Positions 10,253 to 21,092 of a DNA stretch of 64,000 nt are shown here, piece after piece (positions within the stretch are counted from its first letter, which is position 1; every line of letters starts with the position of its first letter). Source of the DNA: Candidatus Peribacter sp. (GTDB lineage: Bacteria; Patescibacteriota; Gracilibacteria; Peribacterales; Peribacteraceae); contig JAUSKD010000030.1 in the NCBI GenBank assembly GCA_030647195.1, positions 1,496 to 65,495 on the forward strand. The letters run 5' to 3'. The position numbers and the translations under genes were made by a program. The notes under the pieces are model-generated. The model saw only the letters and a program-made list of their open reading frames with translations, ran no database searches and was not told the origin of the DNA.

Positions 10253-10648
10253 TTATTTCTCATCGTGACGCGTGCGCACATAGCGCGCCGGCAACAGTAA
10301 GTCATCGATGATGACCGTATGCGTTTTTTGGGGCTGCTCCACGTCTTCGGGGCAGTGAAGCCAGACTTTCAGGAGCAGGTTGCCAGTGGGGTATGCATCT
10401 TTGCATCCAATATCCGCCATGCCGAGAATGGTCTGGGCGGTCGGAGCTTTGAACGCGCACAGTGTTCCCTTTATGCGTTCACGGATAAAATCGCTTGTCA
10501 TGTGCACGCCGCGCTCCGTTTCCTCCTGTTCCTGCCGTTCCCTTTGCGTGATCAAATACCCTGCCATGAGTAGACGTTCCACTTCCGTACGGTGTTCCGG
10601 TAACGGCTCGAGATAGTTGCCTCTCAGGTAGAGCGGAGCGAGTGCCAT
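10253..10648 (-). CDS. Hypothetical protein
   Basis: 131-aa ORF; TACATT 9 nt upstream of the ATG. Confidence 0.5.
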   Translation of the reverse strand: MALAPLYLRGNYLEPLPEHRTEVERLLMAGYLITQRERQEQEETERGVHMTSDFIRERIKGTLCAFKAPTAQTILGMADIGCKDAYPTGNLLLKVWLHCPEDVEQPQKTHTVIIDDLLLPARYVRTRHDEK

Positions 10649-10718
10649 TGGAGGGACAATGTACTCTCTTTGTGAAGATGATCTCTATTTTCTCTTATCC
10701 GCCCGACAAGTTTCTTTC

Positions 10719-11071
10719 GTCAGGGGGCTAGGGCACCTTGTTCGGTTCCCTAAGCCCCCCGACACCCCCTTTACCCTCCTAACAGTAAACCGCATCCATC
10801 TAACAACTCGCTTCTGCCTGAGACCCTTTTGTTCTATGAGGAGGTATGTGTTTCTGTTCGTGTTTCACCCCCGCCTGCCCGTCCGTAGTCCCGCAGTCGC
10901 GGGACGAAGGCGGGTGGCGGCGGACCTCCAGTTATTGTTTGTAATAAAAAATCGTCGCGAAGCTGTAGGCAATCAAACAAACCGGTGAACCCCGCACTTG
11001 TTGCGGGGTGGAGCCGCACCACTAAAGGGAGGGGTTTCACGAAAAGGGGAACCGCAAGGTGCCCCTTTTCG
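10719..11071. repeat. Cluster of GC-rich hairpins / REP-like elements downstream of the 16S
   Basis: Hairpins at 10719-10763, 10870-10920, 10989-11009 and 11040-11071; the first and last share gggcacc-loop-ggttccc in opposite orientation. Confidence 0.6.
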
Positions 11072-11074
11072 AAA

Positions 11075-11099
11075 TCACACCATTGCAGAGTAGAGAAGT
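11075..11099 (-). other. 3' arm of the 16S precursor processing stem
   Basis: tcacaccattgcagagtagagaagt is the reverse complement (24/25) of 12766-12790. Confidence 0.8.
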
Positions 11100-11205
11100 C
11101 TTCTAGGTGGTGACCCCAGAGGGATCACGGGTGCTCTCCTAGGCAATCGAAGGGCATGATGGTCAATTGAGCACGACCAGCGCATGCGCCAGAGATATTC
11201 CCTGG

Positions 11206-12670
<1,465 letters not shown>

Positions 12671-12765
12671 GAAGACTTTATTGACCTGGTTGTTCAAAGA
12701 AAAACAACTAGTTTCTAAATTGTAATCCATGCATCGTCCCCGGGGACGGGGAGATGATGGTTGAT

Positions 12766-12790
12766 ACTTCTCTACTCTGCGATGGTGTGA
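12766..12790 (-). other. 5' arm of the 16S precursor processing stem
   Basis: Complementary to 11075-11099. Confidence 0.8.
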
Positions 12791-12929
12791 ATGACCGATT
12801 GCATCGCTCCTTTTCTTCGGCTCCACGATGGAAACGGCCGCACTCCCGCGGCCGCGGGACGCGAGCCAACAAGGGAGTAGAAGGAAAGGTCTCTCCCATC
12901 CCGTTATTGGCGGGACAGGAAGCAGGGGC

Positions 12930-12957
12930 ATTGTAAGCTGCCCACTCCTTCCGTCAA
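12930..12957 (-). promoter_or_regulatory. rRNA promoter
   Basis: TTGACG-16 nt-TACAAT followed by GC-rich gcccctgc, the typical rrn P1 layout. Confidence 0.8.
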
Positions 12958-12993
12958 GGAATTTTGCAGCTCTTCAGGGAAAATGATGAAATT

Positions 12994-13821
12994 TCATATG
13001 GTCACCCATGGTCGCCCCTTGGGATCGGCCGGATGTCCTTTCCCCGGAATGCCCTTATACGCTGCCGGATGGAAGATTTGTGCAAAGGAGGGCGGGGAGA
13101 AATTTCCGGGGACGAGGGGAGCCGACACAAAGAATGCATTGACCCCGCACCGGTCCGTTGCGACGAGTGTGTAGCCCTTTTCCCTGCCAAGCTTCTCGAG
13201 TGCACGCAGACTCGCGCCCTGATAATCCGATCCGTCCCATCGGAATGCAGAGTCGTACGGGATCGTCACGCTCGCATCCGGTCCTTTGTTCGCGTTGTAT
13301 TCCATAATCACCACGCGCGGATGGAAATGTGTGATCGCCTTCCAGACCCAGTAATCGTTGCCGTCGATATCGATCGAGAGCAGGTCGAATTCCGGCGGCA
13401 CGCCGTACTTTTGCAGGAGCAGTTCGATGTTCTCGGCCGTGACGAATTCCTGCCGGACTCCGTTCTCGTCCGGCCACTTTCCTCCGTCCATAAGCAATCC
13501 TTTCCAGCCCTTGTGCTTGAGCAGGTAGCGGCAGTTGCATTGCAGTCCGTCTTCAACGCCGAACTCCACAAAGGAGCGGTTGGTCGTGCCGATCTTCGCG
13601 AAGATCGCGGCGATGATTCCATCCTCCCCGTTCTGCGAGTACTCGCGTCGTTCAATGAAAGGAATACGCCTTTGAAAGAGCGCAAGGTCGCGCAGGGGTT
13701 GATGGGTCCAGCAGAGCCACTTCAGCGTCACATGTGCGTGGAACCAGCCCTTCAGCCAGTCGAAGGATTTACGGGCGCGTTTGCGGATGCGGATCAGGAA
13801 GCGGGAGAGAATGCTTAGCAT
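12994..13821 (-). CDS. FkbM-like SAM-dependent methyltransferase
   Basis: YSQNGEDGII, FVEFGVEDG, DLLSIDIDGNDYWVW, GASLRAL motifs. Confidence 0.7.
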   Translation of the reverse strand: MLSILSRFLIRIRKRARKSFDWLKGWFHAHVTLKWLCWTHQPLRDLALFQRRIPFIERREYSQNGEDGIIAAIFAKIGTTNRSFVEFGVEDGLQCNCRYLLKHKGWKGLLMDGGKWPDENGVRQEFVTAENIELLLQKYGVPPEFDLLSIDIDGNDYWVWKAITHFHPRVVIMEYNANKGPDASVTIPYDSAFRWDGSDYQGASLRALEKLGREKGYTLVATDRCGVNAFFVSAPLVPGNFSPPSFAQIFHPAAYKGIPGKGHPADPKGRPWVTI

Positions 13822-13849
13822 GTGTCGCGTATGGTACTACGATAGCGCC

Positions 13850-14983
13850 GTGCGCGTCTGTGTCCTGATGCCGTTTCTGGATGTTTACAAAGGAGGCAAC
13901 CACCTCCCGCTCTTTGCATCACTCCCGGATGTGCAGTTCACCGTGCTCACGAGCAGAGTGCTCCCGCCCGATGCCCCTCTTCCCGCGAATGTGCGGGTGA
14001 TTGAGCTCCATGCACGATTGGGCTCTTACTACTTCGGGTTCGCGGACCGGCGATTTGCGCGCGCGGTGCTGCGGACCTATCCGGTCGGTCATTCTTTCTG
14101 GAAAGATTTTGATGTTCTTCATCTGAACCAGGTTCTCGGGCCGCAGTTTCGCTTTCTGACGAAGACCGGCGTTCCCATCCTCTATGCCATTCACCATCCT
14201 GTCACCGCCGATAGGGAAGTAGCGATGGCGGAGACCGTTTCGTGCGAACGCATGCTCTGGCGTGCCAAGTATTTCTTTCCGGTTCGTTGGCAGAGGCAAC
14301 TGTGTCGGTCGCTTCCGCATGTCATGACGGTTTCAGAGACCGTGTGCGACCGTCTGGTACGGGATTTCGGCATTCCGCCGGCGAAAATTTCCATCGTGCG
14401 AAACGGGGTGGACGGCGAACGTTTCGCTTTCGCAGGCGACCTGACTCCGGAATTCGACGTGATCGCGGTCGGGTCCTTTCTGCATCCGCGCAAAGGATTC
14501 CCTTACCTCTTCAAGGTGTACGAAGCGCTCGCGGCACAGGGCATTCGCATCGCCGACGTGGGCAAGCGGTCGCCCGCTCAACGCTCCCAACTCGAAAAAC
14601 TCAAAGGCGTAAAGCTTTTCGGCACGGTGCCGGATGACAAGATCACGGCGCTCATTCAGCGTTCCTCCATGCTCCTCTCCACCTCGCTCTACGAAGGATT
14701 CGGCCTCTCGCTCATCGAGGCACTGGCCTGCGGTCGTCCCGCATTCGCGTTCGATGCCGGGGCGGTGGCTGAAGTCCTTTCGCCCGTTGATCCCTCGCTC
14801 GTCGTTCCGCTTCGGGATTGCGACGCTCTCGTGCGCCGCGTGCGGGAGTTTCTCGCTCTTTCTCCCGAAGAACGTCGCCAGCGTGGCGGCCGGTACAGAG
14901 AAGAGGTGCTGAAGCGCTATTCCCTCCATGCATCGGCTGATGCGCTGAGGGGGGTGTATGCGCGGCTCTGCGGGAATGCATGA
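13850..14983 (+). CDS. Glycosyltransferase family 4
   Basis: RKG, SLYEGFGLSLIEALACGRP (EX7E); GTG start 6 nt after TACGAT. Confidence 0.9.
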   Translation: MRVCVLMPFLDVYKGGNHLPLFASLPDVQFTVLTSRVLPPDAPLPANVRVIELHARLGSYYFGFADRRFARAVLRTYPVGHSFWKDFDVLHLNQVLGPQFRFLTKTGVPILYAIHHPVTADREVAMAETVSCERMLWRAKYFFPVRWQRQLCRSLPHVMTVSETVCDRLVRDFGIPPAKISIVRNGVDGERFAFAGDLTPEFDVIAVGSFLHPRKGFPYLFKVYEALAAQGIRIADVGKRSPAQRSQLEKLKGVKLFGTVPDDKITALIQRSSMLLSTSLYEGFGLSLIEALACGRPAFAFDAGAVAEVLSPVDPSLVVPLRDCDALVRRVREFLALSPEERRQRGGRYREEVLKRYSLHASADALRGVYARLCGNA

Positions 14984-15012
14984 GCGCGAAGTGTTGTCAT
15001 TCTGAGCACTGC

Positions 15013-15036
15013 AGCCGGGGTTCATGAACCCCGGCT
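15013..15036. repeat. Perfect 24-bp palindrome
   Basis: agccggggttca|tgaaccccggct, intergenic. Confidence 0.8.
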
Positions 15037-15098
15037 CCGTGGGGTTTTCTCCGTGACGATTCTTGTGATCACACTGCCCTTCCGGTAGCTTTACGGGG

Positions 15099-16913
15099 AT
15101 GCAGACGCGTGAACGCACGAATATGGGGAAGACCTTCTCTCTGCTCAGGAAGATCCGCATCCATCCGGCATACCTGCTGATCCCGCTTTTCTTCACCCTG
15201 CTCGCCGCCGCCTTTGAGGGAGTCGGCATGGGGCTGTTGGTCCCGATGCTCAACGGGTTTCTCAACAAGAGTTTCTCGTTCGCCGCAAGCACTCCCGTGC
15301 TCGGCAAAGCGGTTCGTCTGCTGCCGGAGTCTTTCCTCGCCAATGACCGTTTGCTTTTTGTGGTCTTCCTCGGCGGGTTCATCGCCGTGTATGTCACGAA
15401 GAATATTCTGCGGTTTCTCGCGAATGCCACGATGGGGTACTTTTCGGAGCGCTGTCTGCACCACCTGCGCAAGGCGCTCTTTGCGAAGTACTTAAGCTTC
15501 GGCAAACTCTTCTTCGACCAGACGAACGTGGGGCATCACTCCACGCTGCTTCTGAATTTTTCACAGAACGCGCTCTACCCGCTGACGGCGCTGGACGGAT
15601 TTGTCGGCGCCTTCCTCTCTCTTGTGGTGTATCTGGCCGTGCTCGTCGGCATTTCGTGGAAGCTGACGCTGGTCGCGCTGCCGCTGTTCGTCATTCTCCA
15701 CCTGGCGATCAAGTTCACCATCACCAGGATCAAACGCCTTTCGCGTTTCATCGCGGAACAGGGGAGCGCGCTCGGCAAGAAGTCCATCGAGATCCTCTCG
15801 ACGATCCCGCTGGTGAAGTCCTACCAGACCGAAGCGCGCGAGCAGGAGCACTACACCCGGATCAGCGACCAGAAAGCCATTTACGACTTCCGCGTCCGGC
15901 TGCTGCTGGGCATGATCCTGCCGATACAGGAGATTGTCACACTCCTCGTGGTCTCCGCCATCATGTTCGGATCGCTGTACCTCTTCGGGCGCGAGCAGAT
16001 CGCCTCCGCCCCCGCGCTTCTGGTGTATTTCTACATCATCATGAATGCCTCGAGTAAGTTTGGAACCGTCTCGGGGTTCCGTGGCGTGATCGCGAATGCC
16101 AGCGGTCCCCTGGATGCCGTGCTCGAGATCTTTGACGAGAAGGGAAAGTACTTCGTGCGGGGGGGCGACCGGGTCTTTGCCGGTCTTGAGCGCACCATTG
16201 AGTTCCGGGATCTCACCTTCAGCTACCTGCCGGGTCGCGCAGTGCTGCACGGCGTTTCGTTTACGGTGGAAAAAGGGCGGATGACGGCTGTCGTCGGGCC
16301 CACGGGCGGCGGCAAATCCACTCTCATCAGCCTGCTGATGCGGTACTACGACTGCCCGCCGGCCTCACTCTTCGTCGATGGAACGGATATCCGGGAATTC
16401 ACCCTCGATTCGTATCTGCACAGGGTAGCGCTCGTGAGTCAGGAAACCCTTTTGCTCCATGACTCGCTGCGGAACAACATCACCTATGGTCTCACGGATG
16501 TTCCGGAAGATCGACTCCGCGAGGTGATCAGGCGCGCACGTCTGGAAGATTTCATCGGCAAGCTTCCGCTGGGAATGGAAACGCTGATCGGAGACCGGGG
16601 CGTGCGGCTGTCGGGCGGCGAAAAACAGCGCGTTTCCATTGCGAGAGCGCTCCTCAAGGATGCCGAGATCCTCATTCTGGACGAAGCGACGAGCTCCCTC
16701 GACAGCAAGACGGAATCGCTCATTCAGGAGGCGATTGATGATGCGGTGACCGGCCGCACCAGTATCGTCATCGCGCACCGCCTGAGCACCATCAAGCATG
16801 CCGACAAAATCGTGGTTCTGGAGGATGGCGGCGTGAGCGAGGAGGGGACGCTGGATGAGCTGCTGGCGGCAAAAGGGGCATTCTTCTCACTCTGGGAGCA
16901 GCAGAAGTTTTAA
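15099..16913 (+). CDS. ABC exporter, fused TMD-NBD (MsbA/PglK-like), probable glycan flippase
   Basis: N-terminal TM domain, GPTGGGKST, LSGGEKQR, ILDEATSSLD; located in a glycan cluster. Confidence 0.9.
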   Translation: MQTRERTNMGKTFSLLRKIRIHPAYLLIPLFFTLLAAAFEGVGMGLLVPMLNGFLNKSFSFAASTPVLGKAVRLLPESFLANDRLLFVVFLGGFIAVYVTKNILRFLANATMGYFSERCLHHLRKALFAKYLSFGKLFFDQTNVGHHSTLLLNFSQNALYPLTALDGFVGAFLSLVVYLAVLVGISWKLTLVALPLFVILHLAIKFTITRIKRLSRFIAEQGSALGKKSIEILSTIPLVKSYQTEAREQEHYTRISDQKAIYDFRVRLLLGMILPIQEIVTLLVVSAIMFGSLYLFGREQIASAPALLVYFYIIMNASSKFGTVSGFRGVIANASGPLDAVLEIFDEKGKYFVRGGDRVFAGLERTIEFRDLTFSYLPGRAVLHGVSFTVEKGRMTAVVGPTGGGKSTLISLLMRYYDCPPASLFVDGTDIREFTLDSYLHRVALVSQETLLLHDSLRNNITYGLTDVPEDRLREVIRRARLEDFIGKLPLGMETLIGDRGVRLSGGEKQRVSIARALLKDAEILILDEATSSLDSKTESLIQEAIDDAVTGRTSIVIAHRLSTIKHADKIVVLEDGGVSEEGTLDELLAAKGAFFSLWEQQKF

Positions 16914-16958
16914 GCGCGAGAAACCACCTTTACTGCCGGATGGATAAAGGGGCTTTGA

Positions 16959-17065
16959 TTGACATTTTAATAAAATATATGTTAAATATCACTATTCCGA
17001 TCACGGGGGTCGGCGCACCAAGGAAACGCAGCATTCCCGGATAGGATGCTGCTCATTCACAGGAG
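16959..17065 (+). promoter_or_regulatory. Promoter plus structured 5' UTR with SD
   Basis: TTGACA-17-TTAAAT; hairpins ccgatc/ggtcgg and gcagcat/atgctgc; AGGAG before the ATG. Confidence 0.55.
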
Positions 17066-17977
17066 ATGATGATGTCCGGACAGGCTCTTACCGCGCTTGG
17101 CGCGGCGATTGCGGCTGCTCTCGAAGCGGCCGCTCAGGACCTCGAGGTTCTCGTCGCAAAGATGAGAGAGGTCGACGCGGCCTTTACGGTCGCAGAACAA
17201 CAAGAGGGCGAAGAGGCAGTGAGATTGTTGGTCAGGGTGGCGGTTGCCCCACAAGGGTGGTCACCCGAAATCCTGGGGAAACTGGATTTCGCCAGCTCTC
17301 TCGTGTCGATGGAACGCCCATTCTTCGTGCGTGCCATGGAGATCGTCGTAGAAAACGCGCAGTCCCTCGAACCCCAGCAGATCGTGTCCGCCATCGGCGC
17401 ATGCAGGAGGCATAAAGGGTACACGAGCATGCGTCGGTTCAATGACGTGCTGCGTCTCAGGCTGACGGGTGACGACTCTCCCGGCGCATACGGATGGCGG
17501 GCCAAGGCCGACTACGAACTGCACATGGCCGCCTACCAGAAGGCCGAGACCCTCAAGGGCAGCGACGCGCAGGCCCAGTACCAGACATCACGCGATCTGG
17601 CCGAGCAGTCCGCTGCCGCTGCGCAGCGCGCGGGAGACCCCTGCGGTCGCCTGTTCGCTCTCATGAATGTCAGCGGGCTCATCCTCCCGAAGATGGGACG
17701 ATGGGAAGAAGGCCTCCGGCTTTCCGAACGGGTGAGCACCGAGGCCGAGGCGCTGGCCGCGGATGCGCCGGATGATGAGGCCAAGAAGCGCCCCCTTCGC
17801 GTCGCGATGAACTGCTATCTGCATCGCATCGACATGCTGGTTCAGAACGGCGGACGGAAGGGTGCGGTCGAGGCGTTGCTCGCCAAGCTCAACGGCAACC
17901 CGATCTACCAGGCATGCTGCGAGCATGCCGACGTGGCGGCTCTCGTGCAGAGGGCCCAGCGGTATGTGAAGGTGTGA
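17066..17977 (+). CDS. Hypothetical alpha-helical (TPR-like) protein
   Basis: 303-aa Ala-rich helical ORF with its own promoter. Confidence 0.65.
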   Translation: MMMSGQALTALGAAIAAALEAAAQDLEVLVAKMREVDAAFTVAEQQEGEEAVRLLVRVAVAPQGWSPEILGKLDFASSLVSMERPFFVRAMEIVVENAQSLEPQQIVSAIGACRRHKGYTSMRRFNDVLRLRLTGDDSPGAYGWRAKADYELHMAAYQKAETLKGSDAQAQYQTSRDLAEQSAAAAQRAGDPCGRLFALMNVSGLILPKMGRWEEGLRLSERVSTEAEALAADAPDDEAKKRPLRVAMNCYLHRIDMLVQNGGRKGAVEALLAKLNGNPIYQACCEHADVAALVQRAQRYVKV

Positions 17978-18081
17978 ATGAGCAGAACCCCGGGGCCATC
18001 GACGTCATGTCGATGGCCCCATTCAAAAATCACGCAAAGACTTCCTTGTTGCCGCTGCGATTTCTCGCCATACTTTTTTCG

Positions 18082-19575
18082 ATGCAGAACACGCGCGAAC
18101 CCATCCGGGCCATCGTGGGGCGGTTCTCCGAAAGGTTCTCCTTTCAGATGATCGAAGAGATGTTGCGGGAGTATCCGTTCGAGCACTGCGCCATTATCGC
18201 GAGCGGTCTTGAGCCACGGTACTTCCAGGCGATTCCTTCCGCATGTCAGCGATGGTTCGTTTCGAGTCAGGTGAGAGGCAGCGAGTATCCGGGGGTCTTG
18301 TGGGAGGAACTCCTTCCGCTCGACGAGGAGCTGATCGAGAGCATGCGGGAGTGCGAAGCGACGTTCATGGAGATGGTGACGCGCCTCGAGTGGAAAAAGC
18401 GCGTTTCGTACGACATCCGCAAGCAGTGGTACTTTCGGCACCTGCGATTCTGGAACGACTACATCACACGCAATCGCATCAACTTTTACCTGTCGGCGTG
18501 GATCCCGCACGAGATCCCCGACATCGTCATCTACTATCTCTGCAAGCTCAAACAGATTCCCGTGGTGTACTTCGGCATCTCTTCCGTCCGCGACGCCTCG
18601 TTCATCGAGCACGACTGGCAGGAATCCAATATCCAGACCGGAAAGCGGTACGCAGAGCTTCTCGCCCGTACCCCCGACACGACGGATCCTCTCACCATTC
18701 CATTGCACGAGCGGTTCGATCAGCGCTATCGGGCGCTTGTCCGCTCTTCGGGCGAGATTCCGCCCCTCGAACAACAGGAGGTGGATGTTCCCTTCACCAG
18801 GTCCGTTCATCGGGCGTTTCTTCGTCATCCTTTCAGGGTCTTGCATTTCGTTCTGCTCTATCTCACCCCCTCCGGGATCAATCGTGCGCTCAATGCATGG
18901 CGGCGATGGCGGATCCGCCGGCAGGCAAACGCTTTCTACGATGCCCATGCGGTTCAACCGGATTTGCATCGTCCGTTCGTCTACATGCCGCTTCACTTTC
19001 AGCCAGAGGCGACCACGGTGCCGCAGGCCGGCGGGTACGAGGACCAGCTGCTCGTGGCACAAATGCTCAATGCGCGCCTGCCGGATGATGTGCTGATCTA
19101 CGTGAAGGAACATCCGCGGTCGAGCGGGATGCAGAAACGGAACATCCAGTTCTACAGTGAATTTCTGGGGCTTCCGAAAGTACGGTTCATGCCGAGAGGG
19201 TTCAGTACATTCGTGTTGCGCGAGCACTGCAAGGCCACGGTAACCGCTGCGGGGACAGCCGGGTTCGAGGGTCTCTTCAGGGGCAAGCCCACGCTCCTCT
19301 TCGGGCACTGCTATTACCAGTATGCCCCGGGGGTATTTCGCATTCACACGAGTAATGATTGCCGCGAGGCCGTCCATGCGGTGTTCACGGAAGGTCGCTC
19401 TCCCACTCGGCTGCAGTGCAGACTGTTCCTGAAAGCCATGGAAGAAACGTGTGTGCACGGCGTGACGGATCCGTTCTGCTTTAACGTCTCGCGCTTAACC
19501 GAGCAGCAGAACGCAGCCGCCTGCAGCAGGGCGATCATGGACGAGATCCGCGCACAATTCGGTCAGGTGTCGTAA
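18082..19575 (+). CDS. KpsS-like / Capsule_synth glycosyltransferase
   Basis: PLHFQPEATT, YVKEHP, GTAGFEGLFRGKP; start reassigned to MQNTREP. Confidence 0.8.
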   Translation: MQNTREPIRAIVGRFSERFSFQMIEEMLREYPFEHCAIIASGLEPRYFQAIPSACQRWFVSSQVRGSEYPGVLWEELLPLDEELIESMRECEATFMEMVTRLEWKKRVSYDIRKQWYFRHLRFWNDYITRNRINFYLSAWIPHEIPDIVIYYLCKLKQIPVVYFGISSVRDASFIEHDWQESNIQTGKRYAELLARTPDTTDPLTIPLHERFDQRYRALVRSSGEIPPLEQQEVDVPFTRSVHRAFLRHPFRVLHFVLLYLTPSGINRALNAWRRWRIRRQANAFYDAHAVQPDLHRPFVYMPLHFQPEATTVPQAGGYEDQLLVAQMLNARLPDDVLIYVKEHPRSSGMQKRNIQFYSEFLGLPKVRFMPRGFSTFVLREHCKATVTAAGTAGFEGLFRGKPTLLFGHCYYQYAPGVFRIHTSNDCREAVHAVFTEGRSPTRLQCRLFLKAMEETCVHGVTDPFCFNVSRLTEQQNAAACSRAIMDEIRAQFGQVS

Positions 19576-19577
19576 GC

Positions 19578-21056
19578 TCAGGCGCGCCCGGGCAACACGG
19601 CGCGGATCTTCTTCTCGATCAGCGCGCCCACCAGATCCGATTTTTCTCTCTGCGTGTACTCCTCGAAGGGGCTGTCGGGAGGGCCGGGGAAGGGCGTGGA
19701 GCACCTCTCGAGTGCCTTGAGGAACATGCGGACATCGCGGACAGAATGTGATTCTTTCTGACTCATGATTTGCCTGATGGCACGTCCGCAGTCGTCAGCA
19801 GTGCGGATGCGGTGGATACCGGGGGCGTATTGATAGACGAAATGTCCGAACATGAGCACGGGTTTTTGGCGCATCATGGCCTCAAAGCCGACGGTCCCCG
19901 TGGCCGTGGCGACCGCCAGGCAACGATCCACCAACTCATAGGTATCTGTTTCCCGTGGGATGAATGTCACAGAGGGGATGGCGAGCAGGGATTGATAGAA
20001 GGCTTCGCTGCGGCACCGTTCGCTCTGCGCGGGATGCTCTTTGACGTAGATGCTCACGTGCGGGGGGAGATTGGCAGCCAGCAGCTGGATGATGCGCTCC
20101 TGCTCCACGTAGGCCCCGGCAAGCGGGAGCGTTGTGGCCTCGGGTTGGTAGTGTAAAGCGATGTAGATGAAGGGCTTGCTGAGGTCCGGGACCTTGATGT
20201 GCCGGTCGTAGAATTGAATGGCCTTGTGCTGGCGGAGCTTGCGCGACCAGAACTGTCCGGAAAACAGGGAGACCAAAAAGCGTTTTGGATCCCGCTTAAG
20301 GATCTTGATCGCCGCTCTCCACCATCGCGAAATGAATTTCTGCTGCGTTAAGTTCACCTTCTTCGGTTTATACCAGGGGTTCGGCTGCTTATTGCGGAAG
20401 AGATTGAAGTACGCTTCGTAGTTTTTCGAGAGCTCCACGGGCTTGTTCGGGTCCCGGTACTCCTCGCGGAGCCTTAAGAGCGCCTCGCGCAGTTCCGGTG
20501 CAGGATCTTCCCAATCCGCCACGACGAATGACGTATCAATCGTGAAGATTCTCGCGAGGTAGAGGATGGGAATGTTCTTCACTTTACAGAGCCCATAGAG
20601 CACGTAGTCGTAGCACTGGTGCGGTTCATGGTTCATGAGGACCACGTCGATTTTCTTTGAGTCGAGCAGGTGGTTCCAGTACCGCAGGTTCGCGTAGTAG
20701 ATCCGCTTGCGCTCGGGGTAGGGCACGTCGCCCGACACAAGGAATCTTTCCATCTTGTTCGCATAGCGGTCCACCATATCCATGAACACTGCTTCGTAGT
20801 GTCGCATCTTCTCGATCAGATCCTCGTCGATCGGAGCGCAGGTATTCAGCTGCCCTTCGTCGTACCGCCCCTCGCGGAAAGGAGCCGCTTCCAGCCAGAT
20901 TTCCTCATCCACCTGAAGGACGGGCGATCCCTCTTTCTTGTCGCAGACGGAAACATATGTTCCCAGTGGAATATTCTTGAATGCGCGCTCGAGGACATAC
21001 TTCTTATCCAGCGGATCGCCGTCGAAAGCCTTCAGGATGACATTCAACTTCTCCAT
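19578..21056 (-). CDS. KpsS-like / Capsule_synth glycosyltransferase (paralog)
   Basis: ALHYQPEATT, YVKEHP, GTVGFEAMMRQKP. Confidence 0.8.
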   Translation of the reverse strand: MEKLNVILKAFDGDPLDKKYVLERAFKNIPLGTYVSVCDKKEGSPVLQVDEEIWLEAAPFREGRYDEGQLNTCAPIDEDLIEKMRHYEAVFMDMVDRYANKMERFLVSGDVPYPERKRIYYANLRYWNHLLDSKKIDVVLMNHEPHQCYDYVLYGLCKVKNIPILYLARIFTIDTSFVVADWEDPAPELREALLRLREEYRDPNKPVELSKNYEAYFNLFRNKQPNPWYKPKKVNLTQQKFISRWWRAAIKILKRDPKRFLVSLFSGQFWSRKLRQHKAIQFYDRHIKVPDLSKPFIYIALHYQPEATTLPLAGAYVEQERIIQLLAANLPPHVSIYVKEHPAQSERCRSEAFYQSLLAIPSVTFIPRETDTYELVDRCLAVATATGTVGFEAMMRQKPVLMFGHFVYQYAPGIHRIRTADDCGRAIRQIMSQKESHSVRDVRMFLKALERCSTPFPGPPDSPFEEYTQREKSDLVGALIEKKIRAVLPGRA

Positions 21057-21092
21057 CGACTTTGATCATACCGAACAGCTGTACTCATTCAA

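Noticed and set aside
10836-10846. Canonical ACCTCCT on the rRNA strand ~360 nt past the 16S end, as a displaced anti-SD
   Set aside because: It lies outside the processing stem, there are no splice features, and a 7-mer match is plausible by chance
10660-11205. tRNA-Ile/Ala, 5S or RNase P RNA downstream of the 16S
   Set aside because: No T-loop GTTCRA cloverleaf and no RNase P GAGGAAAGTCC motif were found on either strand
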